Of a DNA stretch of 64,000 nt, positions 30,101 to 39,640 are shown piece after piece (position 1 is the first letter of the stretch; each line of letters begins with the position of its first letter). The notes under the pieces were generated by a model. The model had not been told where the DNA came from, did not search any database, and saw only the letters and a program-made list of their open reading frames with translations. Position numbers and translations under genes: made by a program. The stretch spans positions 40,610,001-40,674,000 of the forward strand of contig CAIIXF020000001.1 in the NCBI GenBank assembly GCA_903813345.2, given 5' to 3'. This stretch comes from Owenia fusiformis (lineage: Eukaryota).

Positions 30101-33100
30101 TTATATTATATAATATATATATAATACACCATTTAATAATATTATAACTATATATATAATATATACTTTTATATTATACATATAATACACTAAATTTCAA
30201 ATGGCGTATTATATATATAATATAATATAAAAGTATATGTTATATATAGTTATGTATTATATTCTTGTAAATGTGTATATGCATGTATTTATTTATATAT
30301 TTGTCTCCTCTGGTCCCCAGTCCCCAGTCCCCAGTAGTTATATATATATTTATATCGGTCTCCAGTCCCTCCTTTATATATGTTTGTGCATATGCATTTA
30401 CATGTATTTATTTATATATTTGTCTCCTCTGGTCCCCAGTCCCCAGTCCCCAGTAGCTATATATATATTTATATCTGTCTCCAGTCCCTCCTTTATATAT
30501 GTTTGTGCATATGCATTTACATGTATTTATTTATATATTTGTCTCCTCTGGTCCCCAGTCCCCAGTCCCCAGTAGCTATATATATATTTATATCGGTCTC
30601 CAGTCCCTCCTTTATATATGTTTGTGTATATGCATATACATGTACTTATTTATGTATCTAAAAAAATTTCGTGTGGTCTTACACCAAGTTCATGCCGTCC
30701 AAAGATTAACTGACTTATTGAACCTCTATAAGGGGAACACCTCCCAAGTGGAACACCTTTTAGAGGTTCCAAAGGTGTTCAACTTAAACAGGTTTTACTG
30801 TATAATAATACTTTTTCAGACATATGATGCTGAATATCAGTCACAAAAGGAGGTTATTCAAGATCACTATGTGATTTTAAGATATCATCGCTTTTTGGTT
30901 GTAACATTCTTGATGGTAAAATAATAAAAATGATTTTTTTAAGCAAAATACCTAAGTGCCATCAATCAATGAACCTTTACTTTGTACATTCAAACTGATA
31001 TCCACATAGACAGGATATATTTTAAAATGTGTCCGTTGAAATTTGAAAATACAAAGGGAAAGATTGGAGACAAGTAAACATGAAATAAAACACTCTCATT
31101 ATATAATTAATGTGAAACTGGCAACAGGAAACATTGATTTAAAAAGCATATTAAATTACATCAACATTCTCATTCAAACTCTAAGAGTATACTATAAAGA
31201 GGAATCAAAGGCACATAGAAATAATCAGGATAATACAATGCACATCAATACCACTTAGTAGCGAAATCAATGTAAAAAGAGCGAAGTAATGAAAACACCA
31301 AGCATGAAACATATATAAGCCCAGTCTCACTGACTAGACAAAAACACTTTAGATAATTCCAAGAGCAATCAAGGCAATAAAACTATAATCTAATATTCAG
31401 CTCCCAAATTACAACTATTTGTTATCAAGCAATGTTGGCTATAAACAACTCTTGATGCCTGTCAATATTTGACAACAATCAAGCACAGTCCAAGGACAAT
31501 AATGTAGTACTGTTCTTTAGAGGCTTGCTTAATGTCTATATACAGAGGGTAATGACTGAATAATAGAATAAAATGGAGGGCTGGTTATTTCATGAACTGA
31601 ACTACATGTTCATTATTAAGATCTTTATCATGTTATATGGAAAATGCTGATGTAGAGTACGCCTATGCTTAGTTATTTTATACAGCCCCTGCCTTCATTG
31701 AAAATAACTTTTTCATCATTGGCATTTAATTTACTAATTTAGAATAAGGAATGAAAGGAATTAGATTTCATCTTTTGAGTTCTTTTATCCCGTTCTTCTA
31801 ACGATGTATATATGTAATAGGTGGGAAGGTGAGTACAATGTCTTGATAAAGACAAAGCTGTTACATGTGCAATGTTAATACTCTCAAGTTTAAATTTTAG
31901 AAGCAAAACAAACAATTTTTGTTCAAAACTGATGTAAACTTTGTTGATATACATGACGTATGGTTTTAGTGATGTCATGCTCATGAGCATCTTAACTAGT
32001 CGAACCGTCTGACATTGCTGTAAGGATTAAATGTCTAGTCAAAGTGACCGCAACATAAGGACTGCCAAACATTTTGAATTTCAATTATAAATTGAACAAT
32101 TTTACCTAATAATTTGGCATAGAATTTTATCCAAGATATATCAGATGTAAGATATATTGAACTCATGTGTGATAATACTTATATGTAATATAAAACTTCT
32201 AAGGATATTCCTGATTGAAGTTATAAATATAGCTTAGTACTTGAAAATATTTGAAGTGCCTTTTAAGAGATAGAAAATCAGACATAAAAATCAGTATAAA
32301 CCATATTAAATTAAATAGTGGTCCAATCTTATATACCAGTAGGTTTGATATATGTAGTATGTGACTTCATTATTCCCATCATCTTAAATTACAAAGAAAT
32401 TAAGTTTTGAAAATCAAACTGGTAAAGGAGTATGAGATGTTAATCAACTATTTTACTTCTACTGTATTCCTATCAGGTAATAGACTAGATGCGCATTTGC
32501 GTTATTCAAAAGCAACCCCTGTTAACCATAAAAATTGGTGTTTGTTAGAGAATTATAATAGCCTGCCATTAGATGCCAAAATTGAGATTCTAGACATATG
32601 GTGAATTACTGATTGTCCTAAAAGCAAATGGAATTAATTGATGAATCATTAGAGAGAAAACATTTCAACTTGATCCAAATTTTTCACGATTAATTGCCTT
32701 TTTCATCAGTACACTATCATACAGGACATTCTAATGGGATTTTAACCATAATTAAATCAAGTTTATTTACATTTGATGGTTTATTAGGCATCGGAAAATG
32801 GACACTAACTTGGTGGAAAATTCAGTTTTATTTTGTACAGTACTCCTGGTACTTGACAGCTGGATATGATTTTCCATTACCCTTTGTAAGAGCTTGACTA
32901 CATTGGCACTCTTTGAATTAGATAGGCTAAATATATTCCGCAATCTGCCTATGAGCATTTACTTCACATGCAAATACCAGAGAGGACACAAAAGCTACTT
33001 TTAAGATCATTGAAATTTGTAAAAACCAAATCTGTAAAGCTCACCATTAATAGTAAGCTAGCTTATATGAGTCTACTACTGACCCCCCTCCCACTTACAC

Positions 33101-34115
33101 AAAAATAAATTAGCCTATTAATAGTTTTTTCAAAAACTGGACCCAAATTTTGAAAAGAAGAAAGGAAAACATTTAAAATAAAGTTTATTCCCCCCTCCCC
33201 TTTTCAATTCCACGACCTGCTGCACTGCCAATTCTTCAGTTTAGGGATTAAGAGGGGAGATTCTACTGACTCAAATATAAAATGAGCGTGGTTCAAAGAT
33301 TTTTCCAATTTGCTAATTCCGAAAACCTGAAGGAAATTGAAAACATATTGTGCAGGAAATTATGTAGAAATTAAGAACATTTCTGCATAAGATATTACCG
33401 ACCTGGACCTAGCAATGAGCTATTTATTTGATGGGAATGTGTTATTTTCAGAAAAAACAATACATGAGTGAAGGTGAACATACAGGATAGATCAATCTTC
33501 ATGTTACTGCTGAGTTGCATGTTTATAAAGTTGCATGGGGCTAAAATTTGATCTGAATCCTGATATCTTATCCAAAAATTCATTCTCAAAGTTTATGGTA
33601 TACTCATTTTGGTTAATGAAGTACAAACAAATTGGCATTTCACTGTTTTCCTGTCCTGAACATAACATCTAGGATGTTTATTCTGAAATCGAATTTCAAG
33701 AAGTTTATCTTAAGTCTAACCATATGATTCCATGAAGAAATTTAATGCCTAATGTAATCTTCTGCCATTCTAAGACATATTGAATAGCGGTTCATTGGGA
33801 TTAAATTCCTAATTGTTATTTTGAAAAGAATTTCAGTACATGCTTCTCAATATTTTTCAACTAAGCTTTTAAATCTGCAAAACTGTTTTTATGTTTAATG
33901 ACATGTTGGACACAATAAAATATTAACCATTCGATCTTGTATGGTTAAATATCATTAATACACATACATGCACAAATCGGCTGATCAAATACAAAATCAA
34001 TGTTTCTACATAAACCACAGACATGTGTGTAAATAATCTTACCTGCTACACTCAGGTGCCATGTTAAGATGTAAATCCATAAACTTGTCCAAAATATTTT
34101 TAATTTCCTATACAT
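57..34115 (-). CDS. Secreted cysteine-rich uncharacterised protein (DUF7044/DUF7042-like family), first 7 coding exons; gene continues beyond the left edge
   Basis: Exons 34115-34043, 15417-15249, 7954-7884, 6994-6908, 5372-5202, 4752-4643 and 177-57 join through GT-AG introns with matching phases into 267 open codons: MYRKLKIFWTSLWIYILTWHLSVA-EQLCDFPVEWQGLWF...CWKCIHVTPRHANVLQYKQSYC...PVPCPFEGAFLFSY...LQCLATWKDG...YRCIRFHDLGTSAMRLAMSSDSTC. Motifs CxFPxxWxGxWF, HxNVLQYK, CPFxG and CLATW..YRC were recognised from memory of this invertebrate family. Confidence 0.88.
178..1135. repeat. 34-bp minisatellite derived from the exon-7 acceptor region
   Basis: Unit ggtacataggtcacataatctctggaatagagat, more than 20 copies. 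A variant block recurs at about 775 and 1045. The minus strand reads tctctattccag|agatt. Confidence 0.95.
1479..1650 (+). mobile_element. Dispersed non-autonomous repeat with 3' stem-loop (Helentron/HINE-like)
   Basis: Starts aacaaggcatt.acatgcaaaat.tcacc and ends tatgtcac...gtgacataa. Related copies at about 8887-9040, 12292-12420, 13419-13520, 16190-16330, 22985-23293 and inverted at 53420-53516. Confidence 0.7.
2487..2583. mobile_element. PIF/Harbinger-like MITE
   Basis: TIR agctaagttcacaccaacggcgcttt / aaagcgccgttggtgtgaatttagtt, flanked by TTA on both sides. Confidence 0.75.
3234..3429. mobile_element. hAT-like MITE with 5-bp TSD
   Basis: TIR caggctcgtagccagg / cctggctacgggcctg; GTATA duplicated at 3229-3233 and 3430-3434. 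Relatives at about 11125-11470 and 55894-56049. Confidence 0.85.
3900..4670. repeat. 42/43-bp minisatellite spanning the exon-6 donor site, degenerate towards 3900
   Basis: Unit gtacttacaatgcatctgtatgtgttatctgtactcatgtca. Minus-strand GT donors begin at 4642, 4600, 4558, 4515, 4473, 4430, 4388, 4346, 4304 and 4262. Confidence 0.95.
4643..4752 (-). CDS. Coding exon 6 of the secreted Cys-rich protein
   Basis: tttgtag| AGLQCLATWKDGTDDYMYTKMHGPGFTDTDNTYRCI |gtaagt; 110 nt, phase 1 to 0. Confidence 0.88.
5202..5372 (-). CDS. Coding exon 5 of the secreted Cys-rich protein
   Basis: tttgtag| GGLPVPCPFEGAFLFSYNNNSGRCQDPLSSMMECSSRSQFQIEFKHCYGIDDTYDR G|gtttgt; 171 nt; inside ORF 5110..5358. Confidence 0.9.
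6908..6994 (-). CDS. Coding exon 4 of the secreted Cys-rich protein
   Basis: ttttttctag| YCHPGRKTFHDLCYADIDPTSHLQTLVR G|gtaagt; 87 nt, phase 1 to 1. Confidence 0.9.
7884..7954 (-). CDS. Coding exon 3 of the secreted Cys-rich protein
   Basis: tttcag| DQPNCWKCIHVTPRHANVLQYKQ A|gtaagc; 71 nt, phase 2 to 1. Confidence 0.9.
9955..10044. repeat. 28-bp tandem repeat, about 3 copies
   Basis: Unit tgaagccaaaatgctagtattaatcaga repeated exactly. Confidence 0.95.
11231..11427 (-). mobile_element. 5'-truncated non-LTR retrotransposon tail inserted in a hAT-like MITE
   Basis: tggtgaaaaa duplicated at 11221-11230 and 11428-11437, single in the intact MITE at about 3338. The minus strand has an ORF end followed by an A-rich tail. 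Confidence 0.6.
15249..15417 (-). CDS. Coding exon 2 of the secreted Cys-rich protein
   Basis: ttttcag| QLCDFPVEWQGLWFLQSQPVYIRQHTWGLAASQQEDSQAKCRKTEGPYYLLEQKR AG|gtaat; 169 nt, phase 1 to 2. Confidence 0.9.
15867..16175. repeat. 43-bp minisatellite, about 7 copies
   Basis: Unit cttgctatggtaatcataggagcaatcaaatacagggtgggca, diverging rightwards. Confidence 0.9.
16960..17424. mobile_element. Two abutting inverted-repeat elements at TATA-like sites
   Basis: tattattccataatac...gtattatggaataaata (16960-17229, internal aaaatcgtatt repeats) and ataggttatt...aataacctat (17227-17424, palindromic interior). Confidence 0.65.
19819..20080. mobile_element. MITE with about 35-bp imperfect TIRs
   Basis: gagcctggccataggaaaactggtcttatcaca / tgtgataagaccccttttcctgtggcctggct. 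Confidence 0.7.
20324..20565. mobile_element. Degenerate hAT-like MITE
   Basis: cataggcatagc / gctatgcccctg ends; flanks cagca and cagaa (4/5 match). Confidence 0.5.
28382..30802. mobile_element. Tc1/pogo-like MITE split by a foldback insertion
   Basis: Left gtgaaacctgtaaagtggaacacc, right ggtgttcaacttaaacaggttttactgTA; gaacacct motifs occur on both sides of the inserted element. Confidence 0.6.
28446..30696. mobile_element. Foldback-type TIR element with 8-bp TSD and internal 119-bp tandem repeats (Merlin- or MULE-like, non-autonomous)
   Basis: Perfect 33-bp TIR ggcatgaacttggtgtaagaccacacgaaattt; GTCCAAAG duplicated at 28438-28445 and 30697-30704. Arms run forward 28480-29204, reverse 29457-30197, forward 30199-30660. 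Confidence 0.9.
34043..34115 (-). CDS. Coding exon 1 (signal peptide) of the secreted Cys-rich protein
   Basis: ATG at 34115, MYRKLKIFWTSLWIYILTWHLSVA then G|gtaaga. The phase-1 end joins the AG that starts exon 2 to give Glu. Basic-hydrophobic-SVA pattern fits a signal peptide. Confidence 0.75.
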
Positions 34116-35996
34116 TTTGTCCAAAGTTTTATAGTTAATATCCAAATTTGTCTAGTGTTAAATTCAGACACCTCTAAGTCTCACACGAACAGGATAACAT
34201 ACTCTCATATACTTAGCAATAGTCATAAATATGCTTTTAGTGAAATGTTTATCAGAAATATTTGAATAGCGTGTTCAATGCTTGAGAGCGTCTGCTAAAT
34301 TGAACATGTTTGAATCAAGCTGTCATATAAATATTCGCAGCTTACTGTATAGCCATCTATATGATGATCTGTGAACTAGATGGCCTAGGTGAGTCAGATT
34401 GCTAATTGAGTCTAATTTAGCTCATCAATATAGCTTAATTTCTACACCAAACATTAGGCAATACAAGGCTAATTATGTTACATACACTGTCTGGTACTTA
34501 ATGAGTAAAGTGAAAACTTCAGCCACAAATTGATCTAGTTAACAAATTAAAGGGCCTTCTTACAACCTGTAAGATTTAATTCCATTATGTCATCAAAATC
34601 AATTATCTTATGGCGTTTCATACATCATATATGATCAAAGACACCAAACACTAAACCACTTAAAGAGTCAGTGTCTGATAGGAGTACAGTAAGAATACCC
34701 TCTTGATATTTTTGCATTAAGAGATAAAAAACAGGAACATCCATCTCCTCTGTCAGATACTGACTCCTACGACCTACACTTACAGTGACAATTTCATGAT
34801 TGTATGCAGAAATGAATACTTAATTTGATGGTAGGAAATTCGAAAAGAAATTTAAAAAAAACACTCTGAATCTGGGTTCAAGTCACGTTGTAAGTGATGA
34901 AAAATACCTTCGATGACAAAAAGCTCAAATTGCTTAAAAAGCTTAATTGTGACAGTTGGTTGTTCTGTTGATTTCTCAATATATATAGGCAATACTGTAA
35001 ATAAAACATTCAACACATTCAGCTACCCAGAATAAATATTCAAATCAAATCAACAAGTCAATATTTGATTTTGTCCCAGAACATAAGAAATACATTTCAG
35101 ACTGTCTCCCCCCTCCCCCAGAAAGTGTAACAGAAGAGAACATTGCTTTTTCAAATTTAAAAAGTGTAGTTGTTTCCAAGCAAAATAAACATATAATCAC
35201 CCCCCCACCTCCCTCCAAACATTAGTTGATTAAATGTGTGTATATACACTAAATACATTCATGTAACATTGATGTCTTGATGAAGTCTCTATCTTGGTTT
35301 CACGTTTCAAGTCTTTATCTCTCATTAGTTCCCTGGTGAGGAGAGCAAATGTCCTTATATGACCATTAATATGTCAAGCAGAACTAAGAATATTGCCAGT
35401 CTGCAGTGTATAGGGATTTCTATATTAGATGAAAATGGTAAGTTTCTCTAGTAATGTCGATGTAACATTACTCCCTCCTCCCCATTGTAAACACTATACA
35501 TCACTTTATGGAATCAATTTTTTCTGTAAAACAAAAAATGTCTTTATGTTATAATGTAACTTATGATCTGGGGGTTCATTTCGTTGGGGGGTCCTAGGCT
35601 AAACCCTTAGATATTGATATGTTCCCATACCAATCTGTCAAATTTCAATATGTTCCCATACCAACCAAATAATGGCTTAAAGTCATACCAAATGTCCAAA
35701 TACTAGGCCAATACCATACTAAATATCCAGATATAGGACCAATGCCATACCAAATATCCAGATACGAGACCAAGGCCATTCAAAATTTCTAAACCCCCTA
35801 GAAGAAAGCAGATCTTTGAGGAAAATGATCCAAAACAACCTCAAATTAGGGATATGTGTAACTACTAGACTAATGCCATACCACAGGTGAGAGTAACATA
35901 TTTTCCTTGACCATTCCCATACCAGAAAGTGTAAAAATCTGACCATTACCATATCTCAAAAATCATAATTCGGGGGAGACATTCTCATACCAGATC

Positions 35997-36486
35997 CAGG
36001 GCTGTCAACTTGGGACCACCTAATATGAGTGACTTCAAAATGTTGGACACCTAAGTCCAAATCTGAACACTTTTGTCCAAATTTTGAACACCTTTGGCCA
36101 ACTTTTAAACACCTTTGGCCAAAGTTTGAGCACCTTTGCCAAACTTTGAACACCTCAAATTTTTCGCGCTCGCTACGCTCGCGTTGGCGTCAACGGGGGG
36201 GGGGGGGGTAGGTACGAAAAATTTCCAATGAACATGCGTGACACATACGGGATTCGCGTGACAAATCCGAACAAATTGCGTTCGTTTTTTTCCCGCGTTC
36301 GTATTTTTACCGTATCGTAAACATATTTCGAAAAAATTTCTACAGAAATATTTTTGCTTGACAATTACCAGGTAAAATGCGTATTTTGCGTGACATTTTC
36401 TGTCACGCAAAAAAAACTGGCGTGACTTCAAATTCTTCAGCAAATGCGTGACAAATACGCAAATTGCGGGACAGTTGACAGGCCTG
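35997..36486. mobile_element. hAT-like MITE with 6-bp TSD
   Basis: TIR cagggctgtcaact / agttgacaggcctg; CAGATC duplicated at 35991-35996 and 36487-36492; internal 21-bp repeats and a G14 run. Confidence 0.85.
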
Positions 36487-38140
36487 CAGATCCTTAAAAT
36501 TACTAATTTGTGAATGAACCAGCCTTGTCTCTGATATAGATAAAACATGAACCCCCTGGACTTGGTGATTTATAACTCTTAGGTTTCATCAACATCAAGT
36601 CTGTATTCCTTTACTTTTCCTATAAAACAGTCTATTATCTCATTTCCATATCTAAAGCAGTCCCTGGAGAGTACATGCACCTGAATGAATAATGCATTGT
36701 ATTACAATATATTTTACAAGTGCAATATATGTTGAACAGGTGATATGGTTGCCTAGCAACACAATATTAGACAATGAACAAGCAGCAAAGATTAAGCATC
36801 AATTTGGGGTAAAAAATATTTAGAAACAGAACACGTACAGTAGTAGTGTTCTTCTCAAGATTTTTTTCTAAAATGAGTACAAAATTCGCATTTTACCACC
36901 AATTCTGCCAAAAATATTCATGATTTTTCTCATTTCAAGTTTAGTGCAATTAGGTTTTCAGATATGTGTAAGGCCATTTTAAAAATCTCAAGTGAGTGAA
37001 GTGCCCATTTGCTTAATGCTGGGGAAGTCACTGTATAGAATTCAAGCATCAACCTTATCCCAACCTCATTCTATTCTCTCCCTGACTCAATATACTGATT
37101 AATAATTCTTTGGCATGTAAACTAATCTTATTTGCAAAAAGGGAGGGGTATGAAACAAAAGTGTCAAATAAAAACAATAATTGGGTATCTCTGTTATCAG
37201 CACTATAATCAAACACTGATGCTATCTCCTACACTATCGTAATCCCCAATCGTGTTTTGCAAGCTAGCTTTAGAAGGTTCAATCCCACCGCAAATAGATC
37301 ATAAATCCCCAGCAAAGGCCAATAATTCCCATTCAGATTATAGGATCAACAAGAACTTGATAGCATGATAGATGTTTTGTATGTCCAGCTTACTGCCAAC
37401 TAAAACAAATTGAAAGCCAGAGATCAAGATCATGTTTGGAAATTATATACTTGCGCTGCCATCTTTTAATATAGATTACATGTTTATTATGTATATTGAT
37501 TAGAGTTAGAGACCCTATCTGTTGCAAGATCATGCCTGGCACAACCGTCACCATGTTATAAATTGTTTTCATAGATGAAGCAACATTGACAACACTGAAG
37601 GAAAGGCTATTGATAAATTTATCACAACAATTACATTTCACCAAAAGTTAAATTTCAGACACAAATGGCAGATGCCAAAATAAATTTCAGAAATCGATTA
37701 GAATACCCAAATTTAACTATTATAAAAATTCTATAAATGAATGTTTACCGCAAAACGTTACATGTATGTGGAAACATTTGATGGTAGGTGTTAAGTGTTT
37801 CTGTATTATGGTCAAGTATCTGTCGCATGTAACCAAGGAAAATTGCTTTCAATCAATCCAGAATTTGTGGTTCAAAATACGAATGCATGGCATGGAGGTT
37901 AAACCATATAACAGCTCCAAGAAAAGATGCAAGGCAGGAATACAGAGACAACATTCCAAAAGTAGTACCTGCTTCCCCGTGACAGATCTTGCACTTATTT
38001 ATAGCCAAGATCTTCATCTTTCTATTTCTACCTGTTAGTTTGGTAAATAAGCTATGGATTACCTTATTCTTCGGCCACAGTGTGGCCTTACGCTATCATC
38101 AAGCCCAGTTTGTTTTAGCGCTTTTTACGCTATCTCTCAT

Positions 38141-38178
38141 CATGGGCTCTATCAGTGTATGAGGTGGTAGAGCCCATG
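38141..38178. mobile_element. 38-bp hairpin mini-element with 7-bp TSD (P-element-like termini)
   Basis: catgggctctatca / tggtagagcccatg (13/14 match); CTCTCAT duplicated at 38134-38140 and 38179-38185. Confidence 0.7.
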
Positions 38179-38819
38179 CTCTCATAGACTGTTGCTATTA
38201 ATGAACTAAAATGTAGTAGACATACCTTCATTGAACTTAGTATGTAGTCTTAATTCATATGTCCTTCTACATTGGCTTTAATTTAGTCTTTTCTAAAGCA
38301 ATTTTTTCTTCTGTAAAAATGGCCATTTTGTTTTTCGCTATAGCGAGATAAAGTTCAATCTTAACGTTTTAAAGAATGGCAGATCAGGTGATTTTTAGTT
38401 TAGACGAAAGCATGCAATATCTCACAAAGGACAGTGTCCATTTGAATTCTAATTGATGAAATATTCTCATTTCAATTTTTAGATTAACATCAAAATAAAA
38501 TTTTACTCCAGAATAAACGTTTTCACTAGTGCTTGGTGGTCTACATGCCATGTCTTCTAGCCAAGTAATTTGGCTAGGGACTCGCGTAAGCTATGGACAC
38601 TGTAATGAACCATTTGAAAAAAGCTGGCCATCGTGTTATAAATTTATTAAATATTTTAAAAATCGCCAGATAAATCATGGGTTTTCAATTAGAAGGGTAT
38701 GCAACTCTGTGTTATAACATGAGAACTTCAAAATGAGCAATGCCATCCCAAACAAAAATGAATTCAAGTTTACATCCAGTTTACACTCAGTTTACACTTA
38801 ATTTACACCAGACCTTGGT

Positions 38820-39096
38820 GTAGGTACGAAAATTTCCAATGAACATGCGTGACATATACGGGATTCGCGTGACAAATCCGAACAAATTGCGTTCGTTTTT
38901 TTCCGACGTTCGTATTTTGACCGTATCATAAACATATTTTGAAAAAATTTTTACAGAAACATATTTGCGTGACAATTACCAGGTAAAATGCGTATTTGCG
39001 TGACATTTTCTGTCACGCAAAAAAAACTGGCGTGACTTCAAATTCTTCAGCAAATGCGTGACAAATACGCAAATTGCGGGACAGTTGACAGGCCTG
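38820..39096 (+). mobile_element. Right-half copy of the 35997-36486 MITE
   Basis: Near-identical to 36208-36486 and ends in the same TIR agttgacaggcctg. Confidence 0.9.
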
Positions 39097-39640
39097 AAAT
39101 AGGTATTTACTAGCAGAAAGTAAACACTGATTTACTAGGTGTAAACTTGACTTTGAATTTTTTAAAAGTGAAAACTGGATGTAAATTAGACTCAGAAAAA
39201 TCAAATATTGGTCAAAGTGTAAACTAAGTGTATACTTGACTGAATCCTAATTCCAAAACGAGGCTCATGCAGCCTCTCTTTCAATCAAAGCTGGCTTAGC
39301 CATTTTGGTTTTGGTAAGTCTTCACAAAATCCTATAACATCGGCCCTGATACAGTTTTACTTTATTTGATTTTGGTGTCAACTTTACCATTAGGTATTAG
39401 TTGTGCATTTGTTCCAGTTTCATCTTCATTGTTCATTTAGTTATCCATTTTCTTAGGTTTCACATTTCTATTCAATATATCCATTGAATCTTTCTACCTT
39501 TTGTGCTTGCCTGTTTTTTTTATCTTTTCACCTAGAATTCATTCTAATCTGAATCATGATGGCATTATACCCTTGGCTGCAATTCAATATGGGTCAGTTT
39601 ATTTGTATAGGTTTTACATTATGACATATACATTCATTAA

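Noticed and set aside
28584..30924. Long ORFs of 100-200 aa (SPLVPSPQSPV / YIYIYI)
   Set aside because: They are translations of the 119-bp tandem unit in several frames and on both strands, not genes.
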